Positions 28,164 to 32,348 of a DNA stretch of 32,348 nucleotides are shown one piece after another. The stretch's first letter is position 1. The number at the start of each line of letters is the position of its first letter. This DNA is from an uncultured Verrucomicrobiota bacterium (GTDB lineage: Bacteria; Verrucomicrobiota; Kiritimatiellia; SLOV01). The stretch is taken from assembly GCA_964611475.1 (NCBI GenBank), contig CAZTAB010000422.1, positions 1 through 32,348 of the forward strand. The letters run 5' to 3'. The position numbers and the translations under genes were made by a program. The notes below the pieces were generated by a model. It was not told the origin of the DNA, did no database searches, and was given only the letters and a program-made list of their open reading frames with translations.

Positions 28164-28507
28164 TCAAAACACCTCCGGCAGGGGGCATCACCCACAGAAT
28201 TGCACTCAGACATCGCCCTATCGCTTCAAACGGAAGGATTTCGCGCGGCGACTCCCTTCGGCTCTGCCAGTACTCGACCCATGATTACCATGCGAATTGC
28301 CGCCCCGCAACAACGAGAGAATCCGGCTCAAGCGGCGAACCATCCGCGGGAACCGTCGGCCCCGGGGCTTCTGTTTGGGCACGCCCCGGATCCGGGGGTG
28401 TCCGGAAATCCAAGGCAGCACATGGAGCTGTCTTTACTTCCCAATTAACTTGAACGAAATTCGGGGTGAATAATGATCCCCGCTTTCCAAGTCAGACGCC
28501 GGAAAGA

Positions 28508-30271
28508 ATGAAACGGGACCCGAATTCAGAACTGAACCGAATGCGTCACAGTGCAGCGCACGTGATGGCCGCCGCGGTCTGTCGTCTATTCGAGGATGTG
28601 CAACTCGACATCGGGCCTCCAACCGAAGACGGGTTTTACTACGATTTTGACCTTCCGCACCGCCTGACGCCCGAGGACTTCGACAACATCGAAGCAGAAT
28701 TGAACAGGATCATCGCCGAGGACCAGCCATTCGAGGTCATGGAGGTCTCCCGGGAGGAAGCGGTGAAAATGATCACAGACAAGGGGCAACGCTACAAGGT
28801 GGAACGACTGGGCGAAATTCCCGAGGACGAGAAGATCACCTTCTACCGGAACGGCGAATTCCTGGACCTCTGCCGCGGGCCGCACGTGGAGAACACCGGC
28901 AAGATCAAGGCCTTCAAGCTCCTGTCGGTCGCGGGCTCCTATTTCCACGGGATCGAAACCAATCCCATGCTCCAGCGCGTGTATGCCACCGCCCATCCTT
29001 CCGACAAGCTCCTGCGGGTCTACCTCAAGCAACTCGAGGAGGCCAAGACGCGCGACCACCGAAAGCTAGGAAAGGAACTGGACCTCTTCAGCATCCAGGA
29101 CGATATAGGTCCGGGCCTGAATCTCTGGCATCCCAAGGGCGCGAGGGTGCGCACCCTGATCGAGTCGTACTGGCGGGATATGCACTACGAGGCGGGGTAT
29201 GACCTGGTCTATACACCACACATCGGACGGTCCAAGCTGTGGGAAACCTCCGGCCACCTAGATTTCTACGCAGAGGGCATGTACGCGCCGATGGACGTCG
29301 ACGGCAACGAGTATTACGCCAAGCCGATGAACTGCCCGTTTCACATCAAAATCTTTCAATCGCAGAAGCGCTCGTACCGAGAACTGCCGATCCGGATGGG
29401 CGAGTTGGGAACGGTCTACCGCTACGAGAAGGCCGGCGTGCTCCACGGGCTGCTTCGAGTCCGCGGCTTTACGCAGGACGACGCCCACATTTTCTGCACC
29501 GCGGAACAGATCTAGGAAGAGATCAGCGAGGTCATCCGCTTCGCCATCGACCTGTGGGCGGCCTTCGGATTCACGGACATCAGCTACTACCTGGCAACCC
29601 GCCCGGAAAAGGCAGTGGGAAAGGACGAGCAGTGGGAGAAGGCGACCACATCGCTGGAATCCGCACTTCAGGACGCCGGTCTGCCATACGAGGTCGACCC
29701 GGGCGGCGGGGCGTTCTACGGACCGAAAATCGACATGAAAGTCCGCGACACCATCGGTCGCGAGTGGCAGATGAGCACCATCCAATTTGATTTCAACCTG
29801 CCCGCACGGTTCCAGATGACCTACACCGGTGAAGACGGGAAGCTGCACCAACCCTACATGGTCCACCGGGCGCTTTTCGGAAGTTTGGAGCGCTTTTTCG
29901 GTATTTTGTTGGAGAACTATGCTGGTGCGTTTCCACTCTGGCTCGCACCGGAGCAAGTCCGGGTACTCCCTTTAACCGAAAAACAACTGGACTATGCGGC
30001 ACAGATTTTCCAGAATCTGGGGCAGGAAAAGTTTCGTGCGTCAGTGGATACCCGGTCCGAGAAGATCGGGGCGAAAATCCGCAATGCACAGTTGGGGAAA
30101 GTCCCTTACATGCTGATCGTTGGTCCGAAAGAAATGGAGCAGTCGGAGGTGGCCGTTCGGAGCCGCCTGGATGGCGATCAGGGCACGATGAAATTACAGA
30201 CGCTGGTAGAGAGACTGCGGTCCGAAGTTTCATCAAAGGGCATGCCCGCCGAGCCTGCCGGCTCAAGCTGA
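28508..30271 (+). CDS. thrS: Threonine--tRNA ligase, interrupted by an in-frame TAG at 29513-29515
   Basis: [40 protein letters not shown], then in the same frame after the TAG: [20 protein letters not shown] and the anticodon domain. Confidence 0.95.
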
Positions 30272-30319
30272 TCATTCAATGTCTTTCGCAGTCGCTCACC
30301 CAAACCCCGGAGGCTAATT

Positions 30320-30931
30320 ATCCGACAGAATCGCAGTAACCGCTATCCACGAGATATGACGCGGGTAAATCACAAGATCCGCGTTCCCGAAGTCCGCCTC
30401 GTTGATGTCGATGGAGCCCAAGTAGGCGTCGTCCCCACCAGCGAAGCACTGGCACTCGCCAGGAAAAGAAAACTCGACCTCGTCGAGGTCGCCGCCTCCG
30501 CCCGACCGCCCGTCTGCCGCGTCATGGATTACGGGAAATACAAGTACGAGCAGGGCAAAAAGGAAAGGGGAAAGAAAAGCGGGCAAACAAAGGTCAAGGA
30601 GATCAAGTTTCACGCGAACGTGGGGGAACATGACTACCAGACCAAACTTCGCCGCGCTGCAGACTTTCTGGAGCAGGGGCATCGCGTGAAGTGTTCCCTC
30701 TACTTCCGCGGCCGTGAGAATGACCACCGCGAATTCGGTTTCGATGTTATGAACCGGGTGATCGGGGACGTGAAGGATCTCGGTTCACCCGAGCAGATGC
30801 CCCGAATGATTGGACGCAATCTCATGATGTTGCTGACCCCGATAAAATCGAGCGGAGGGGGGGGACGCAAGAAGGAGGACCCGCAGGAGGAAGCCGCAGA
30901 GAAGGCGCCCGCGGGCGAAAAAACCGGGTAA
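30320..30931 (+). CDS. infC: Translation initiation factor IF-3
   Basis: RVNHKIRVPEVRLV, LDLVEV, PPVCRVMDYGKYKYE, KEIKF, FRGRE. SD GGAGG at 30309-30313 points to ATC 30320 or ATT 30317 as the start rather than ATG 30356. Confidence 0.95.
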   Translation: MRQNRSNRYPRDMTRVNHKIRVPEVRLVDVDGAQVGVVPTSEALALARKRKLDLVEVAASARPPVCRVMDYGKYKYEQGKKERGKKSGQTKVKEIKFHANVGEHDYQTKLRRAADFLEQGHRVKCSLYFRGRENDHREFGFDVMNRVIGDVKDLGSPEQMPRMIGRNLMMLLTPIKSSGGGGRKKEDPQEEAAEKAPAGEKTG

Positions 30932-31207
30932 GGGGCATGCCCGAAGGGGTTTCCGGTCTTCTGCGTCTCCGACCGGGCCAATAATCCGGAGCTGACACGG
31001 AGCGAAGCATCCTCTCCCTGACCAACCGGAAAACCCCGGCGGGGGACCGTTTCATTTCGGGCGAAAAACAGCGGCTGGAAGCCATTTATCCCCTACCCAC
31101 AAGATTTTTCGCATAAAATCTGGACGACTCTCGCCATCTACCGTACATATGCACGCTTTCCAAGCGAGACCGGGACCATGGGACGGGACGCTATCGGGGC
31201 AACGAAG

Positions 31208-31399
31208 ATGCCGAAAATGAAAACACACAAGGGCGCCGCCAAGCGCTTCAAGAGGACCGCGTCGGGCAAACTGACGCGCTACCGGCCTGGACGCCGCCAC
31301 CTGCTCGATTGCAAAACGACCAAGCGGAAACGGAATTTGCGCGGTGGCGCGATGGTAAGCGAGGCTGACGAAAAGCGCTTTACGCACCTCCTGCCCTAA
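31208..31399 (+). CDS. rpmI: 50S ribosomal protein L35
   Basis: MPKMKTHKGAAKRFKRTASGK, located between infC and rplT. Confidence 0.97.
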   Translation: MPKMKTHKGAAKRFKRTASGKLTRYRPGRRHLLDCKTTKRKRNLRGGAMVSEADEKRFTHLLP

Positions 31400-31418
31400 A
31401 GATTCGGAGACCGGACAC

Positions 31419-31763
31419 ATGCCACGAGCAACCAACGCACCTGCATCACGACGCCGCCGCAAGCGCGTACTGGAACAAGCCAAGGGATTCCGGGGCAGCC
31501 GAAGCAAGACGCTGCGCCAGGCATATCAATCCGTCCGCCATGCCATGGCAAACAGCACGGCACACCGACGCCTCAAGAAACGTCAGTTCCGCTCGCTCTG
31601 GATCACCCGGATTTCCGCCGCATGCCGGCAGAACGACATCTCCTACAGTCGCTTCATGGAGGGAGTGACCAAGGCAAACGTCGAACTGAACCGGAAGATG
31701 CTATCCGAAATCGCCATCCACGACCCGGCCGGGTTCTCCGCCATCGTGGCACAGGTGAAATAG
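31419..31763 (+). CDS. rplT: 50S ribosomal protein L20
   Basis: MPRATN, AKGFRG, FRSLWITRISAA, LNRKMLSEIA. Confidence 0.97.
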   Translation: MPRATNAPASRRRRKRVLEQAKGFRGSRSKTLRQAYQSVRHAMANSTAHRRLKKRQFRSLWITRISAACRQNDISYSRFMEGVTKANVELNRKMLSEIAIHDPAGFSAIVAQVK

Positions 31764-31892
31764 CCGGCTCTCCGCCGGGCATGACCTCGACGCAGCGCGA
31801 GGATTCCTTTTTGATTTAGGAGGGAGGCAGGCAAGAGCTTCGCCCCCCCTACCACCGCGAACCACCAGGATCCGATGCAGGGGCCCGGACGC

Positions 31893-32348
31893 CTACGACC
31901 CGTCTCCCTCGTCCGCCAGGGCATCCAGCAGCAGGTCAGGTGATCGATCCTCCCGGACTCGATACAGGTCCAGGATCTCCGCTTGCGTGTCCGCAACTTT
32001 TTTCCGGTCCAGCACAATCATCTGCCCGGAGGAGCTCTTGAACTCGACGTAGGGGCCGTCGTCATCCGATTCCACGATTTCGACAAGCTGCCGCAGATTT
32101 CGAATCGGCTGTTCGTTGACGTGGGTAACCATCCAGTTCGAAACATTGTGGTACCCCTCGTTGACGTCGGCCGCGAGAACTTTGCTGACAAAGACGACTT
32201 CGTCCAGATCGGGCGTCACAAAATTGCTCCCGAGGGCGGCGATGAAATCCTTCGGGGCGGCGTTGTACCAGTTGCTCCCCCATTCCCGCAGATAATTCTT
32301 GCTCAAGGGGCAGAACACGATCCCCACGTAAATGTAGTAGGCGGGATG
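31893..32348 (-). CDS. C-terminal PDZ-like domain of a Deg/HtrA-type serine protease (partial, runs off window)
   Basis: YYIYVGIVFCPLS..YL, VSKVLAADVNEGY, VNEQPIRNLRQLV, IVLDR, ILDLYRV resemble the C-terminal PDZ of plant Deg2/Deg9-type proteases. Confidence 0.75.
   Translation of the reverse strand, partial: HPAYYIYVGIVFCPLSKNYLREWGSNWYNAAPKDFIAALGSNFVTPDLDEVVFVSKVLAADVNEGYHNVSNWMVTHVNEQPIRNLRQLVEIVESDDDGPYVEFKSSSGQMIVLDRKKVADTQAEILDLYRVREDRSPDLLLDALADEGDGS

Noticed and set aside
28212-28218. ATCGCCC matching the tRNA-Val 3' end as a possible attR
   Set aside because: A 7-bp match is expected by chance.
28466-30271. Genome-wide TAG or TGA reassignment, or a naturally split ThrRS
   Set aside because: Conserved genes here end at TAG and TGA at expected lengths. 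The second thrS half has no own start or SD next to the stop.
31764-31778. Hairpin after rplT as terminator
   Set aside because: Only a 5-bp stem with no adjacent U-tract.

Overview
GC-rich bacterial chromosomal segment. The alpha2-type GlyRS, TGS-less ThrS and plant-Deg-like PDZ protease suggest a PVC-superphylum organism such as Kiritimatiellota or Verrucomicrobiota, but this is inference only. 1-15.1 kb holds envelope and housekeeping genes: GH2 glycosidase, a Kdo/WaaP-type kinase fused to a GH-like barrel, CPBP protease, GT2, waaF, lpxK, trmB, an FHA-TPR membrane protein, glyQS, a degenerate hybrid kinase and tRNA-Val(GAC). 15.1-28.2 kb is an accessory block between tRNA-Val and thrS. It contains gene remnants, a five-gene catabolic operon (Gfo/Idh/MocA oxidoreductase, tandem double CoA-transferase III, amidohydrolase, extended SDR, MetE-like Zn enzyme), a divergent three-gene operon (QW-repeat helical protein, class III aminotransferase, atypical sulfatase), a VOC pseudogene and a membrane-anchored Mrr-type nuclease. 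28.5-32.3 kb holds thrS (with an in-frame TAG), infC, rpmI, rplT and the 3' end of a Deg-like protease. The best candidates for undescribed systems are the kinase-GH fusion operon and the double CoA-transferase/MetE-like operon. All calls come from reading motifs by eye; no searches were run.
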